From: Trichodesmium erythraeum IMS101
Lineage (GTDB): Bacteria > Cyanobacteriota > Cyanobacteriia > Cyanobacteriales > Microcoleaceae
NCBI RefSeq assembly: GCF_000014265.1
Contig: NC_008312.1
Location: 1,500,001-1,532,000 of the forward strand
Length of the DNA stretch: 32,000 bases
Reading direction: 5' to 3'
The notes beneath the pieces are model-generated. The model had not been told where the DNA came from. It saw nothing but the letters and a program-made list of their open reading frames with translations, and made no database searches. Below are positions 30,209-32,000 of the stretch, one piece after another (the stretch's first letter is position 1; every line of letters starts with the position of its first letter). Made by a program: the position numbers and the translations under genes.

Positions 30209-30790
30209 GTTTTCACTTCCTTGATCGCTTTTTCTGCTTCCTCTTCCTCTATTTCACAGCCGTATTTTTTCCAGTAAGCTACAACGTTACCATTAAATGG
30301 TTTAGCACCTATTTCCCCAGAAATTATATTTAATGCCAGAGGATAAGCTTCATAAGCTGCCTCGATAGGTTGTAAATATTGTCAGTGGATAAATGTGTAT
30401 CTAGTTCTAACCAAGTTTTCTGATCTCAATTTCGACTTATTTCTTACAGTTAACTTACCTAATAGTATGCAGTGCCCAAATTTTTTATAAGGCTCTGGTA
30501 TTTGATGGGGGAAATATTGAGAAGTTAAAATGATTCAACTTTGATAATATTCTACTGCTAACAAACTCTTAAAAAAATTCTGCTGCCATTCATCTTTAAA
30601 ATTGTTCCAACTTTTCTCCTCATTTCTCTCTATAATATTTTCCTAAGAAACTATTAATATTAAATATTCATTATCTTGTGACTGCTTCACAAAAAGGTTT
30701 AATTATCTGTAGGTATTTTTGCGGTCTTTTTCCTGGAAGCGATCGCCCCACTTTTCCACCTATCAACTTGTTACACTAGCAAAGTCTGAA
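30209..30790 (-). pseudogene. Degraded gene of unknown family
   Basis: Collinear minus-strand pieces are broken by stops. They read VEKWGDRFQEKDRK..., ERNEEKSWNNFKDEWQQNFFKSLLAVEYYQS*, LTSQYFPHQIPEPYKKFGHCILLGKL..., and LQPIEAAYEAYPLALNIISGEIGAKPFNGNVVAYWKKYGCEIEEEEAEKAIKEVKT*. One HIP1 site lies at 30739. Confidence 0.3.
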
Positions 30791-31675
30791 GTTTGTCGAT
30801 CAGATTCAAAATTTTCATTGTTGAAAAACTAATAGAAATTGAAATATATTGTGGCTATCGTCAGGTATGGGTTTATTATAGTACTTTAAAAGATCAACTC
30901 TCTAAATATTTTACATTATAAAGACTGTTTAAAGTTTGCATCTAAACTCCGATATAAATCTGGGTAGGCGTAGCATTTGTGACAATAATTTCAATCTATC
31001 TAAATTAATATCAAAATTTGACTGTATACCAATTACTATAGAAATATAAATTTTTTTTTAAAAATATGTAAAAATATATAAAAATATATCAAATTTTTTT
31101 CCATCTCCTAAAATCTCAGATGTTTGTTATACGATTCAAATAGGATTTCTCTAAAAGTAATGCTATACTTATACTGTTGATTTGTAATATTGTTAATTAT
31201 ATCTTATTACACTGAATATTCTCATTTTTTATTGAGTGCAATTTAATAAAATAAATATTACTAGTACCAGTAAAATTTGTGCTCCTTGAAAGAATAGCTT
31301 TTCAACCTTTTCTAAAAAACTACTAAATTAAACACAGGAAAATTAAATTTGGTATTTTTTCTACTCTCTATTCCTTAGTAACGGAGATTGCGGTGATTTA
31401 GTTCGGTTATACCAACATAAGTAATAGCTAAATACCTATATCTTAAGTATTAAGTAAGGTATACTTCTATAAGGATAACCAATCAACAAATATTAAAGCC
31501 TTTATAGAAGTCTAAATTTATTACTTAACTAGCTATCAGCTTTTAGTATCGAGTGATCAAATTTTTGAATTAGGGTTTAATTTTTCTTATCCCATCTCAA
31601 AAAGATTTTCCGACTGATCGCTGACTGTTTTTTTTATAGATTAAAATTATTTATTCATTTATTTGCACAAAAAAA

Positions 31676-32000
31676 ATGGACAACTATATATTACCAACTT
31701 TAAGTGACATTTTTGCCTCAGAAAAGTCAAATATTGATGTTTATGCAACAAAAATGGAACTGTCAAAAGAAAATTACCCTCCTTCCATAACAGAGAAAAA
31801 TAAAGATTTATATTTAAAGGCTCAAAAGGAATGGTATAGTGCTGTTGCTACGATTAATCAACTGCTAGAAAAGTTAGTAAGAACCTCAGATTCTCAAGAT
31901 TTAAAAAATCAAGAAATAACAAAAACTTACAAACAGAAAGAAATTAAAAAAACTACTCCTGTACTAGAAAATTGGGAATCTCAAACTAGATCAAAATTCC
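31676..32000 (+). CDS. Hypothetical protein, 5' part only; the ORF runs off the window end
   Basis: ATG at 31676, then 108 codons with no stop (MDNYILPTLSDIFASEKSNIDVYATKMELSKENYPPSITEKNKDLYLKAQKEWYSAVATINQLLEKL...). I recognise no family, and an AT-rich context makes long open frames less likely by chance. Confidence 0.35.
   Translation, partial: MDNYILPTLSDIFASEKSNIDVYATKMELSKENYPPSITEKNKDLYLKAQKEWYSAVATINQLLEKLVRTSDSQDLKNQEITKTYKQKEIKKTTPVLENWESQTRSKF

Noticed and set aside
1-32000. tRNA or rRNA genes
   Set aside because: Scanning for T-arm-like GGTTCGAA/GTTCAAATC contexts and for conserved rRNA strings on both strands found nothing credible. This was a visual scan, so tRNAscan-SE or Infernal should confirm it.

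Overview
AT-rich cyanobacterial chromosomal window, roughly one-third G+C by eye. The cyanobacterial call rests on 8 perfect HIP1 octamers (GCGATCGC) and on RpaB and cytochrome b6f CCB-type genes. The window looks like a decaying genome. Nine clearly intact housekeeping CDSs cover only about 10.2 kb of 32 kb: a CcbB-like protein, rpaB, radA, dTDP-glucose 4,6-dehydratase, a CapA-family protein, an M16 peptidase-like protein, accA, folE and a phosphohexomutase. They are separated by long AT-rich spacers holding gene wrecks: an ABC1 kinase stub, a roughly 4.7 kb Type ISP restriction-modification pseudogene, two TnpB (IS200/IS605) remnants, IS5- and IS630-family remnants, and a peptidoglycan-binding-domain fragment. 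The most unusual property is four long-period tandem arrays totalling about 4.1 kb, or 13% of the window. These are 295-296 bp x3, about 121-204 bp x7 or more, 95-96 bp x2, and 236 bp x8. Three of them are internal segments of already-dead genes. The fourth lies immediately downstream of radA, and the whole radA-plus-array segment is bracketed by a roughly 277 bp inverted repeat. Each unit of this array carries a promoter-like box and a hairpin plus T7 terminator-like element, with one compensatory base-pair change between units. That architecture resembles tandem sRNA-gene arrays known in heterocystous cyanobacteria, but this is unproven. I found no tRNA, rRNA or CRISPR array. The resemblance to a reduced, possibly host-associated Nostocales-type genome is inference only.
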